Shown piece by piece: positions 48,665 to 61,527 of a stretch of DNA of 64,000 nucleotides. Numbering within the stretch: the stretch's first letter is position 1; the number at the start of each line of letters is the position of its first letter. This DNA is from Stegostoma tigrinum (Eukaryota), in NCBI RefSeq assembly GCF_030684315.1, contig NC_081356.1:40821197-40885196 (forward strand), given 5' to 3'. The notes under the pieces were generated by a model, which was given only the letters and a program-made list of their open reading frames with translations, had not been told where the DNA came from and searched no databases. Made by a program: the position numbers and the translations under genes.

Positions 48665-50367
48665 ATCTGGTTAGAGTTGTCTAACTTGCTTAAGGAGACA
48701 CACACGCAGCCTCAGATATAATGAAAATGGGATAAGACGAAATGATTCAAGCACCAATGGGAAGCAATGTGTGGAATGCTATTGCTCAGACCTTCGGACA
48801 AAGTGGAGTTCAACAGCAGGTTTGGAATCTGTTCCAGGATTGGATTTAGCTCTGACTCTATAAGTCAACCATGACATTATATTTCTGCCTCATGTGTTCT
48901 GAACATTGAGAGTAACTGTGATGGAGTGCTGCATTTGTCAAAGGTTTCATTAAATTGTAAGTGGACCATAAGCATCCCGGTGCCATGGAATGGACTGCTA
49001 ATTAAACATAGATGTAAAGTGTTCAACAATAACCACCACAAATTAATGCCAATAATAGTTGACATATCTGGGAGTCAGCTCCGGGAATGGCTCTACTTGC
49101 ACTTGACTAGGAGAATAATGGGCCGTGGGAGTGGAAGATATGATCTTCCAATAAGTGTAAGAGAAGAGAATTCTTTACTAATCTAGCTATGGCATATGAG
49201 GAGGGAGTGTTGACAGTTAATTGCCTTAATTTTGCCAATTTGGATAATAAACTTGGGATCTTAACTGAATAAGTCAAATGCCCTTGGACTTGTTCTGATC
49301 AAGAATCGGCAGGAAAAAAATAGCACAACTGACAGGGAACCAGTTCATTAACCGACTAGTGACATGCGACATTCGTGAATGCGAGTGATGAGTTGAAAGA
49401 AACCCTTGGGAATATTTTGAAATATATGACACTGGAAAAAAACCTTTGACCAGAAAAGTTAGCTCAAATATGAATCCAATTGATGAGCACTCACCAAACT
49501 TTGTCAAAAATCATGCAACACACAAGGGAGTTCAAAGTTGAGATGGATGAGATTCAACCCACCAACAGGTTGTACAAATTTTTAAAATAGCTTTCAGATT
49601 TACAATGCCATACCTAGATTCAGCACTTATCACATCTAGCTGTAATCCTAATTATACTCAACTCAATATCCCTCAGGATGCTGGTCGTTGAGATTGTAGG
49701 GTGGAAAGGTCAGATATCCCAACAGATGGACATGCTCACGATGATTAATGCCCGTACAAGCACCCAGGGGCTTAAAACAGGTGGAACTGCTAGTGTTATC
49801 ATTATTGTTACTTCTACTTGTTCTGATTACTGTATGTTGTCTATGCATCAAAATCCTAGATGGATTATTGTCACAGGATTTTACATTTTTTAAATTGAAT
49901 TTTGCATGTATTTAAAAATCACAACTCTGTACGGATTAGAGTTCACTCTACTTTCACAATGGCTTTTCATTTTTTTTGCGCGCATAATAAAATCACTTAT
50001 CTGACAAATGACGATAAGCTCACACACAAGCCTTGCCACCACCCAGACTGCTACCACACGCAACCCACTGTCAGCCTCAAAATGTCCCCATTAGGTGTTA
50101 TTCATTCCCTTAGACTGACCTTTAATTACACTTTTGTTTGAACAACTATTTTTCTCTCGCTTTGGACTTTATCTCCACCTATTGTATACTTTATCCCCTG
50201 TCCCCACCCCATCTTCTGTATTAATATCAATCTTTTCCTAGCTACCCTCACATCACTCCTGAAGAAGGGTCACTGACACAGAATGTTAACTCTGATTTCT
50301 TTCCATAGATGCTATCAGACCTGCTGAGTTTTTCTAGCAATTTCTGCTTTTCTTTTAGTTAAGAAGC

Positions 50368-50830
50368 TTTGTGTTTTGTATGCCTTTGTTAGTTGAAGCA
50401 CAGAGTATATGAACAGGGAGGTTATGTTGGCACTGTAGAAAACCTTGGTTAAGCTACAGCCAAGGCATTGTGCAGTTCTGAATCTATGTTGCAGACGTGA
50501 TGTTATAGCACTGGGCAGTTTAGGAGATTTACTAGGATGTTGCCTGGACAAGAGCGTTTCAGCTGTGAGGAGGGATTGCACAGATTGGAGTTGTTTCCCT
50601 TAGAGTAAAGAAGATTGAGTGGGGACAAGATTGAGAAGTGTAAAATTATGAGGGGCATAGATAGGGTAGACAGAAAAAAACTTTTCCCCTATATAGAGGG
50701 GGTCAATGATCAGGGGGCATAGATGTAAGGTATGAGCGGAAGGCTCAAGAGGGAATGTGAACATAGAACATAGAACATTACAGCACAGTACAGAGAAAAA
50801 CCTTTTCACCTAGAAAGCAGTGGGAACTCG
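50368..50830 (+). mobile_element. Degraded CR1 3' fragment
   Basis: Nucleotide similarity to the CR1 ORF2 3' region (GGAGATTTACTAGGATGTTGCCTGG, TAAAATTATGAGGGGCATAGATAGGGTAG). Confidence 0.7.
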
Positions 50831-51496
50831 GGACAAAAGTAACGAGGAATGGACAATAAATGCTGCCCAGCCAGTGTTGCCCTCATCCCTGAAAAAAATA
50901 TACAGGTCACACTCCCTTCACAACATAATCTTGTTCAGATCTTCCAACCGACCAACCAAGAGCCAGTATCAATTTCTGCAGTTTCACTGAAACTAATTTC
51001 ACAGCCTCCCCGACTCACATTTACTGAGTTGATAAACAGATTGTGATGTCTGATCTCGCTTTGATGTTCAGAGTGAGGGTGACATTTGCCTGGGGTCATG
51101 GTCAGCTTTGACCTGCTAAGGGCCTCAGCTGCTGAAAGGTTTTAGACAAATCTTCCTTCAGTTTCATTTAGGTCACAAGACAGAATGATTTAGAATCTAA
51201 AAACAGGTCACCTCAAGGTTACAAACCTGTGTACATGGCCAGTATACATGTCCAACAATTGACTATCTGAGCAATGAGATTTACTTGTGACAACAAATAC
51301 AACAGTTTTTACCTTAATGTGCCGCTGTATTACTGAGTCAGTTATGTGTCCAGTTACAATACAAAATAACCAGTTTAGACAAAACTTTCAATATCGGTAA
51401 CTTTCTGCTGAACCAACTGATTGATGATGTTATCATTGTTCACTCTACTTTCACAAAGTAAGCATGCACAGACCTTCTAGTCGACCACAAAGTCCT

Positions 51497-53600
51497 AGAA
51501 CATAGAACATAGAACAATACAGCACAATACAGGCCCTTCAGACCACGAAGTTGTGCTGACCTATTATCCTACTCTAAGATCAAACCACCCTGCATACTCT
51601 ACATTTTTCTATCATCCATGTGCCTATCCAAGAGTTGCTTAAATGTCCTTAATGTATCTGACTCCACCACTACCGCCAGCAGTGCATTCCACGCACCCAC
51701 CACTCTCTGTGTAAAGAACCTACGTAAGAATGTAAGAACCAGGAGCAGGAGTAGGCCATCCGGCCCTTCGAACCTGCTTCGCCATTCAATAAAATCATGG
51801 CTGATCTTTTCATGGACTCAGATCCACTTACCCGCATTCTCACCGTATTCCTTAGTTCCTTTATTGTTCAAAAAATATCTACCTTAGCTTTAAAAACGTT
51901 TACTGAAGTAGCGTCAACTACTTCACTGGGCAAGGAATTCCATAGATTAACTTCTGGGTGAAGAAGTTCCTTCTCAATTCATTTCTAAATTGGCTCCCTC
52001 TAATCTTGAGGCTATGCCCTCTTGTCCTAGCTTCCCCTGCCAGTGAATATATCCTCTCTACTTCTGTTTAATCTATTCCCTTCATAATTTCATATATTTC
52101 TATAAGATTACCCCTCTAATCTTCTGAATTCCGATGAATATAATCCCAATCTACTCTGTCTGTCCTCATAAGCCAACCCCCTCAACTCCGGAATCAACCT
52201 AGTGAACATACTATGCACCCCTCCAATGCCAGTACATCCTTTCTCAAGTAAGGAGACCAAAACTACACACAGTACTCCAGGTGTGGCCCCACCAGCACCT
52301 TGTACAGCTGCAACATAATCTCTCTGCTTTTAAACTCAATTCTTTTAAGCAATGAAGGCCCTACCATCACTCTGGCTATTCTCTTGTTCCTTAATCTTAC
52401 CCACCAAGGCTTTTTCATACCCCTTTCTCGCTCTCCTAAGTCCATTCTTCAATTCTTTACTGGCTACCCTGTAGTCTTCGAGAGCACTGTCCAGTACTTG
52501 CTTCCTCAACCTTAAGGAAGCTTCCTTCTTCCTCTTGTCTTGATGTTCCACATGTCTTGTCATCCAAGGTTCCTTCACCTTATCATCCCTTCCTTGCCTC
52601 GGTGGAACAAACCTATTCAGTTACAAGTTCTCCCTGAACAACATCCATATTTCTGTCCTTGCCTCGGTAGAACAAACCTATTCAGTTACAAGTTCTCCCT
52701 GAACAACATCCATATTTCTGTCGTGCGTTTCCCTGAGAACATCTCCCATTTTATGCTCTGCAGATCTTGCCTAATAGCATTGCAATTCCCCCTCCCCCAA
52801 TTAAATACCTTATCATACTGTCTGCTCCTATCCCTCTCCATGACTATAGTAAATGTCAGGGAGTTGTGATCACTCTCACCAAAATCTGACACCCGGCCTG
52901 GTTCGTCGCCAAACATGAAATCCAATATGGCTTCCCCTCTAGTCGGCCTACCTACATATTGAGTCAGAAATGCTTCCTGGATGCGCCTGACAAAATCTGC
53001 TCCATCCAAACTATTTGCACTTAGAAGGTTCCAGTCTATATTAAGGAAGTTGAAATCACCCATAACAACAACCCTATTACTTTTACACTTTTCCACAATC
53101 TGCTTCCCAATCTGTACCTCAGTGTCTCTGTTGCCATTGAGGGGTCGATAGAAAATTTCCAATAAAGTGACTGCTCCTTTCCTGTATCTGACTTCCACCC
53201 ATATTGTCTCAGTAGACATACCCTTCTTGACAACCTCTCTTTCTGCAGCTGTGATACCATCCCTGATTAGCAATGCCACTCCTGCACCTCTTCTACAACC
53301 CTCCCTGTTTCTTTTGAAACATCCAAACCCCAGAACATCCAACAACCATTCCTGCCCCTGTGTTATCCAAGTCTCCATAATGACCATAACAGCATAGCTC
53401 CAAGTACTGATCCATGCTGTAAGTTTGTGATCCTTATTCCTGACACTTCATGTGTTAAAATGGACACATTTAAACCCATTGCACTGACTGCAACTTTGCC
53501 CAATCAACTGTTTAACCTTTCTCACAGACTCTCTGCGTGCTGTATCTGCCTGTACACCAGCTACCCCATCCTCTGATCCATTCTTCCAGTTCTGTCCCCC
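51497..53600 (-). mobile_element. Stack of CR1 fragments: two 3' ends (51497-51722, 51723-52352) and an APE-domain piece (52353-53600)
   Basis: (TAGAACA)n tail; LYKVLVGPHLEYCV; ORF 52686-53387 with METW, IFYRP, MGDFN, SDHN; internal ~65-bp tandem duplication at ~52592-52721. Confidence 0.85.
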
Positions 53601-53935
53601 ACCATGATTTAACTCTTAGTTAGATTAGCCAGAAAGTAGCAGTCAGTGCAGCTCAGTTGCCTGATTGTGAAATCTCCTGCTTTAAAGTTACTGTTTACAA
53701 ACACATTGAAATGTCAGCTCTCATTATGATCCTCTTTCCCTATGACACTTGGATTGTGATACACACTGCGATTGTGACACTAGCCCTGTATTATTGAAGA
53801 TTGGCTCTTCTAGCTAAAGGGTTTGATGAAAGTGTTGAGCAAATACCCCTGAATTTCATATTGATCAGAGAATGAGATCTGAAGTAAAAGATTCCTCTGT
53901 GGATTCAAGCTATGGACTGGGCCTGAGGACAATGG

Positions 53936-54162
53936 TAACACAGTGTGGAGCTGGAGGAACACAGCAGGCCTGGCAGCATCAGAAGAGCAGGAAAGCTGAT
54001 GTTTTGGTGTGAGACCCTTCTTCAGAAAAATTTTTCTGAAAAAGGGTCCTGACCTGAAATGTCAGCTTTCCTGCTCCTCTCATGCTGTCTGGCCTGCTGT
54101 ATTCCTCCAGCTCCACACTGTGTTATCTTGGACTCCAGCACTGGCAGCTCTTACTATCTCTG
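53936..54162. mobile_element. Fold-back Penelope terminal fragment
   Basis: Inverted arms centred on CAGAAAAATTTTTCTG (~54023-54038). Confidence 0.8.
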
Positions 54163-55355
54163 AACACAATGGGTAATGATGGGAATATTCGCCTTCCCCA
54201 TGCCTCCTTTTTTTTGGAGCGGGATGATCCCAATGTTTGTGTTATTCAGAACCAGGGTTTGGGTTTCTTGAGTTTGGGGTTAGGATCCACAAAATGGTGA
54301 ATTAATTGGTTCTGGTGAGTATCTTGCTTGGAACTGAATCTAATTCTGATTGCGTTAATGACTTGAAGCTTAACAACAATTTATTGCCTGAGAGAACAGT
54401 AATTATTTAGTTCTGTTAAAAATTATTATGTGTAAATGGTAGGGGGTTGCAAATAAATGAATTCCTGGATTTGTATTGTGGGAATGTAGGATTGGACAAA
54501 AATTCCCATCGTCTAAAATACTGAACCAAAACCCTACAACCCAGTGTCCATGATAGGAGAGCAATGATGATGGGATTGTTTGCCTTCTATTCTCCTTCCT
54601 GGTGCAAGAGGATAGAAATGCTTCACTTTCCTTTGAAACAGTATTTGTATTTCTTGGATTTGGAGTAGTATTGGTCTGGACTCTTCAGATCATCAATAAT
54701 GCCAGACATTATAGATCAGGCTCCACTGATACTGTCTTGATGTCAGATGCACAGAGACAAGTGGCGCTTTTGGGCCCTTACATTGAGGTGAATCTGGTTG
54801 TCAGTCGAAGCAAAGATCTTTCAACAAGTCCTTGTGTGCTCTACTGTGTGGAAAAATGTCTATCTGAAATTTCAGAATGAACCTCGCAAATATTGATCAA
54901 TTATGCCCAACCTCTAGAGTGTTCCACAAAGAATGCATAGATGGAAGATCAACAAATGATCTAAAGTAGCTGAACACTATTACACATCAGGGTATGAGCA
55001 TTAAAAACACAGACTGACAGCGAGACAATCAGTGTCTTCAAAGAGAGTGAAGCTCATTAATCGAAGTCATGCTCCATGGATTGATTATCTGAACAGAGAT
55101 GGAAGATTCATCTGTGAAAACAAATACAACAGTTCCACCATAATATGCAGTAGTATTTACTGCATGTTACATGTAAAATTACAAAACAGAATAATCATAT
55201 TCAACAAAACCTTTCAATGCTAGCAGCTTCCAATTGAATGTACTGATTGAAGATGGAACCATTGTTTGGCCTCTCTTTACAATGTAAACTTGTTCAGATC
55301 TTCTAGTCAACAATGTTCACTTCTAGTTAGATCAGCAAAAGAGTAACAGTCAGTA

Positions 55356-55669
55356 TAAGGTGTAGAGCTGGATGAGCACAGCAGGCCACGCAGCATCAGA
55401 GGAGCAGGAATGCTGACGTTTCAGGTCTGGAGGCGGTAGGAACTGCAGATGCTGGAGAATCTGAGATAACAAGGTGTAGAGGTGGACGAACACAGCAAGC
55501 CAAGTAGCGTCAGAGGAGTAGGAAGGCTGATGTTTTGAGCCTAGACCCCTCTTCCCAGGCCGAAACGTCAACCTTCCTGCTCCTCTGATGCTGCTTGGCC
55601 TGCTGTGTGCAATCAGCTCTACACCTCGTTATCTCAGATTCTCCAGCATCAGCAGTTCCTACTATCTCC
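55356..55669. mobile_element. Composite inverted Penelope terminal fragments
   Basis: Two minus-strand and one plus-strand terminal pieces; 12-bp TSD TAACAGTCAGTA (55344-55355, 55670-55681). Confidence 0.8.
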
Positions 55670-57127
55670 TAACAGTCAGTACAGCTCAGTTGCACTGTTC
55701 AAATTGATTGTGAAATCTCCTGCTTCAAAGTTAATGTTTATAAACCTATTGAGATGGGTTTGGAACGCTCTGAGGGTTGGTGTGGATGTGTTGGGCCGAA
55801 GGGCCTGTTTCCACACTGTATGGATTCTATGATGATAATGATGATACCTGAATTCGTTGTGGTCCACCTTGTGAGGTGGAGTATTTGATTATTTGTCTTG
55901 GACTGAGGTAACAATGCACTAGACTGGAATAAACACTTTATCACTTCCCAAAGAACAGGCAATATTTCTGGGCGCCACACTGCAGGAAGCATCTAAGTAC
56001 ATGGTAGTAAATGCTGATGGGGCTATCAGAAAGTTTCCAAAAATGAGAAATTTCAGTTGTGCAGATATGTCGGTAAGGTTGGGACTGTTTTCCTTGCAAA
56101 GAAGACTAAGAATAGTTTGATAGAAATTTTCAAAATCATGAAGAATCTGTTTGGGTGAATGTAGACAGGGTAAGATGGCTTCTACTTGTAAAAGGATTGG
56201 GAGCAAGGCCATACAGATTCAAAGTAATTTGCAAAATGCAGTGTGAGAAGAAACGTCTTCACTCCTAAATGCACTGCCTGGAAACGTGGTGCAGTTTACT
56301 CAAATCTTTCAAGAGGGCATTTGCTGATTATTTAAATGGAGACAATGTGCAAGATTATTGGAAAAGCTTGTGAATGTCACAGTGCTCATTCAGAGAACTG
56401 ATGTGTTGACACAATGGGTGTGAAAACCTCCTTTTTCACTGTCACAATTCTGTGGTTCTGTGAGGGAATGTTGGCAATGAACAGCTTTGATTCCTGCCTT
56501 TGATGTTGAATAGTTGTTAATAGTTACAATAAAAGGAATAGGCCATTCAGCCCTTCAGCCGGTTTCAGTTAGATTTTGACTGATTTGTACCTTCAATATA
56601 TGACTGTCTTCGAACCCCATATTGCTTAATAATCTTACAGATTGGAGCAATCCATTCAGCTCCTTGACTGTGCTGCTATTCAACGAGGTCACAGCTGATC
56701 TGTACCTTCTCTAAAGCATCCATCTTGCATTCATTCCACATAATAACCTATCTCACATAAGTCAATCACTTTAATTTTTAGTTTCTAAATCCAGACTCAA
56801 CATCATTTTCCAGTTGAGGATTTCTATTTCCCAGTGCTCTTTTGTGTGATGAAGTGCTTTCTGACATCATCTCTGATCAGTCTAGTTCTAATTTTGAGAT
56901 CATGTCCATTGTTTCTGGAGTCCCTCACCAGAAACAATAATCTCTCCCGATTGAATGTATCATTTCCTCAAAATGCAATTAAATCCTGAATGTCTGAATG
57001 AGATCAACACTTTAGCTTCTGTACTTGAGCGAATACAAAATTAATCTATACAACATATTCTCATAATGACAGATAACATTATTGTATTCCAGCTCTGACT
57101 GGAAGCCAGATTCTAGTAGCATATTGT

Positions 57128-57480
57128 AAGAGCTGGATGAACACAGCTGGCCAAGCAGCAACAGAGGAGCAAGAAGGCTGATGTTTCGAACTGGACCCTT
57201 TTTCAGAAATGTGGGAGGGGAACGGGATTCTGAAATAAATAGAGAGGTTGGGCAGGCGGATGGAAGATGGATAAAGGAGCAGATAGGTGGAGAGGAGATG
57301 GACAGGTCAAGGAGGCGGGGATAGAGCCAGTAAATGTGAGTTTAGGTGGGGAGTTAGGATGGGGTAGGTCTGTCAAAGGAAGACGGACAGGTCAAGGAGG
57401 CGGACATGAGGCTGGTAGGTAGGAGGTGGGGGTGGGTGTTGAGGTAGGGAGAGCAGATAGGTGGGAGAAATAGGAAGGGA
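57128..57480 (-). mobile_element. Penelope 3' fragment
   Basis: GAGCTGGATGAACACAGC...GACCCTTTTTCAG followed by the purine-rich complement of the C/T-rich Penelope 3' UTR. Confidence 0.75.
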
Positions 57481-59407
57481 AATGAAACTGTCAATACAGA
57501 TGGATAGATATTTTTAAGGGGAGAGGAACAAGAGTTAAGTAGCAAAAATGTCAATGGAATTAAGGTGCAGATCAGCCATGATTGAACGGAAAAGCACACA
57601 TACCATGAAGATTTGATGGCTTTTCCTGTTTCAAATGATCATGTTTAATACATATTGAAACCTCCACTGATGTGCAGGGCCACAGTTACAATAAATCTCC
57701 TCTTTCATAACTATCTAAAGCATAAAGGAATAATCATAGTAATTTCCATGTTCAAAATGCAGATTTTAACAATCAGAAAAATAGCTTTACAGCAGCAGCC
57801 ACTAGCTGAAAGACCCCATCACTGATGGGAAGGACTCCTCAATATATAGCACATTTCCAGTCAGGAGGATTAAGAAATCATACATTGATGTAGTACAAAG
57901 AGACTGTCCAGTCCATTAACTCTGTGCGAGAAAAATGCTTGAGCTGCGAGTTCCCAGAACATCCTATCCCTCAGGCATTTACTTCCTCTACTCGACCTGG
58001 TGTGATGTGCTATTAGTTCCTTGGACAGGAGGATCTTTTTTGTTTAGTATTGGGTTTGTGCTTGGGACTCTCTGCTACTAGAAAGTGGCTTCCAGTCAGA
58101 GTTTACTTTTCACAATGACCCATCAAGGCATTTGAGGCAGTCATCCTGCTTCTGAGCAAGGATTAAAATCTATAAACCAGAAACAAAAGCACAGAGTATT
58201 CACCAATCAAATCACCTGAGATTGTAGAGATCGACAGATTTTTAATGTTAAGATGAAGGGTCACTGTGCCTAAAACATTGACTATGCTTTCTCCCCACAG
58301 ATGCTGCCAGACCTGCTGAGTTTCTCCAACACTTTTTAATTGGTGAACAATCGAGGATTATGAAGTAAAAGCATCAAAGTGGAGTTAAAGGTTATCAGGT
58401 CAGCCATGATCAATGACAAGACAGATTCAATGGCCAAATGGCTTACTTCTGCTCCTACATCTTATGCTTTTATCAGTATAATCAAGACATAAGATAGACA
58501 TTTTTAAAATCAGGAACAAAGCATTATAGGATAAGGCAGAAAAGTGGAGGTGAGAATTATCATTAGTCATGATCTCACTGAGTAGCCGAGTAAAACCAAT
58601 GGGCAGAACGGCCTACTTCTACCCTTACATCTTACAGGCTTGTAATTATGTTCAAGCCTAGGGGGAACAGATTTTTCACCCATTTTCTGCAAAGCCAATT
58701 AAAATATTTGGTTTGATACTTGGCAAGAATTATTAGATTGGGCACTCAGTGGTACTAAAGGTCAGCCAGAATAGCCACCCTCAATATTTGGAGTTTTGCA
58801 CTTTGTTCCCATCATTATAGTAACAGAGAGTGTCGATAATGTTGCAACAAGGGAAGTTAGACATTTGAAACTCCACTGATTGGGGCCAGAAGATGGAAAA
58901 CTCAAATCAGATTGAAATTCCACAGCACCAGGGCTTCTATGGAAATTTAAATTAGTATGGGAGAAGTCAATTTCAAATCAGGTACTGAAAAAGAACTAAA
59001 GAGCGAGATTAAAAATAAGACTCTACAAAAAGAGAGTGAAAAGGCCAGACAAAAGAAAAGATTCATTTCATTTTATGTGACTTCTCTACATACTCCTATT
59101 GAAGGAATTGCATCTCGATGGTTGCAGTAGTTAATTTACCTGAATGGTTGATTGGCTGTGATTAAGACTTATCACATCATTGAAAGGTATTTCAATGGGA
59201 ACAGACTAGATTTTGCATTCTGCAACAAATTTACTTTGTATCTACTTTGTGAAACCAGTGATGATTTTCAAAGTATTTCAACATGAGGCAGATATTGAAA
59301 TGTCATTTGCAAATAGTTAAGAAATGAATTCTTTTGGACTTCTTAAATTTGAAACTACATCTGCTTTTTTGTCCAAAATTCCTGTATTGTTTTTGCAGAA
59401 GTAACAA

Positions 59408-60090
59408 GTACCGATGACCTTAAGATTACATTGACAGAACAACCTTGCGTGAAAATGTGTGCCTTCAAGAGGGAGTTGTTCTGCCTTGTTTCTCTTGAAG
59501 AGGGATATTGTATACTTGGTAGTGAGGTATCTGCTCCATAGAAAGCAGAGTAGAAGTGTTTGTTGCTTTAAAAAATTAGATATAGGAAGCATGAGTGAAC
59601 AGCGTCAGGCTCACACACACCCAACATTTTAACTCTGTTTTCAGTTGTTGAAGTTGGTGTTTTTGGATTTGAATCTGCTAGTTACAGTTCTCTCTTTCTG
59701 CTACTGCATAAATCTTGCGTTCTCTCTCTGATGCTAGATTCATTCGGTCAGTATTCCTTCTCCTGGACTGGAGAAGATGGCAGGTCAGGGAAGTGAGTCT
59801 TGCTAAATTTGCTTAACCAATGGTGTGTTTATGGGATGCAGCTATTTTGGAACAGTTGATGAGTAGTGGTTAAATATTATATTATTTTGTTAAGTATTTT
59901 GATATAGTTAGGCCAAACCTTCTTGTTTTTCTTTGTATTTTAAATGTGGTATCAGAATAAAGTGTGTTTTGTTTCTAGCCTAGTAGTTTGACCAATCAAA
60001 TCACACCTGGAACACCTTATATATGCCTCTAGATAAGTTAAAAATTAGAGTCTAGACTTTTTCCTTGCTATGTTTTGAGGAGGAGTTGGG
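59408..60090 (+). mobile_element. Possible decayed solo LTR
   Basis: LTR-like composition with AATAAA at ~59956; truncated by CR1; termini not demonstrable. Confidence 0.25.
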
Positions 60091-60092
60091 TG

Positions 60093-61527
60093 GGATGAGA
60101 TTACAGAGCCTTTGGCTTTGATCTTTACGTCAGCATTGTCTACAGGAATAGTGCTAGAAGACTGGAAGATAGCAAATGTTGTCCCCTTGTTCAAGAAGGG
60201 GAGTAGAGACAACCCTGACAATTATAGACCAGTGAGCCTTATTTCGGGTATGGGTAAAGTGTTGGAAAGGATTATAAGAGATAGAATTTATAATCATCTA
60301 GATAGGAATAATTTGATTAGGGAAAGTCAGCACAGTTTTGTGAAGAGAAGGTCATGCCTCACAAACCTTATTGAGTTCTTTGAGAATGTGACCAAACAGG
60401 TGGATGAGGGTAAAGCGGTTGATGTGGTATATATGGATATCAGTAAAGCATTTGATAAGGTTCCCCATAGTAGGCTATTGCAGTAAATACAGAGGCATGG
60501 GATTGAGGGAAATTTAGCAGCTTGGATCAGAAATTGGCTAGCTGTAAGAAGACAGAGGGTGGTGGTTGATGGGAAATGTTTATCCTGGAGTTCAGTTACT
60601 AGTAGTATACTGCAAGGATCTGTTTTGCGGCCACTGCTGGTTGTTATTTTTATAAATGACCCGAATGAGGGTGTAGAAGGATGGATTAATAAATTTGTGG
60701 ATGACACTAAAGTTGGTGGAGTTGTGGATAGTGCGGAAGGATGTTGCAGGTTATAGAGGGACATAGACAAGCTGCAGAACTGGGCTGAGAGGTGGCAAAT
60801 GGAGTTTAATGCGGAAAAGTGTGAGGTGAGTCACTTTGGAAGGAGTAACAGGAATACAGAGTACTGGGCTAATGGTAAGATTCTTGGTAGTGTGGATGAG
60901 CAAAGACACCTTGGTGTCCATATGCATAGATCCCTGAAAGTTTCCACCCAGGTTGATAGGGTTGTTAGGCAGGCATATGGTGTGTTAGGTTTTATTGGTA
61001 GAGGGATTGAGTTTCAGAGTCATGAGGTCATGTTGCGGTTGTACAAAACTCTGGTGCGGCCGCACTTGGAGTATTGCGTACAGTTCTGGTCACCGCATTA
61101 TAGGAAGGATGTGGAAGCATTGGAAAGTGTGCAGAGGAGATTTACCAAGATGTTGCCTGGTATGGAGGGAAGGTCTTATGAGGAAAGGCTGAGGGGCTTG
61201 AGGATGTTTTCGTTAGAGAGAAGAAGGTTAAGAGGTGACTTAATAGAAACATACAAGACAATCAGAGGATTAGATAGGATGGACAGTGAGAGCCTTTTTC
61301 CTTGGATGGTGATGGCTAGCACAAAGGGACATAGCTTTAAATTAGGGGTGATAGATATAGGACAGATGTCAGAGGTAGGTTTTTTACTCAGAGAACAGTA
61401 AGGGCGTGCAATAATGGAATAGCATAGATTAGATGGGCTTCAGATTGATTTCACAGGTCGGCGCAACATCAAGGGCCGAAGGGCCTGGACTGTGTGGTAA
61501 TGTTCAATGTTCTATGCTCTATGTTCT
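60093..61527 (+). mobile_element. 5'-truncated CR1 LINE (RT to 3' end), same family as 10342-14558
   Basis: DWKIANVVPLFKKG, SQHSFV..RSCLTNL, KAFDKVPH, QGSVL, KFVDDTK, RPHLEYCVQFWSP; (TTCTATG)n-like tail at ~61500-61527; in-frame stops. Confidence 0.93.

Larger units (their letters stand above)
21435..50020 (+). mobile_element. Tandem array of nine env-only LTR-retroelement internal units sharing eight LTRs
   Basis: Internal units A 21435-22572, B 23457-29511, C 33845-35436, D 36152-37872, E 38233-39363, F 40103-41942, G 42772-45209, H 45907-47300, I 48665-50020. All colinear and on the same strand, recognisable by shared anchors such as ATGATTCAAGCACCAACAGGAAGCAATGTGTGGAATG, GATTTGGCCAATTTGGATAATAAACTCAC and CAAATTCATCCATGGAT. 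Confidence 0.88.

Noticed and set aside
21435-50020. Array as a tandem host gene cluster or a CRISPR-like array
   Set aside because: No exon/intron structure, every copy is disrupted, and the spacers have PPT/TG...CA/AATAAA LTR hallmarks. Units are kb-sized homologues, not short repeats with unique spacers.
52592-52721. ~65-bp tandem duplication
   Set aside because: A simple local duplication inside a dead CR1 fragment.
54602-54880. 92-aa ORF with a hydrophobic stretch
   Set aside because: Non-ATG start, no recognisable family, and no convincing splice signals in the frames I translated.
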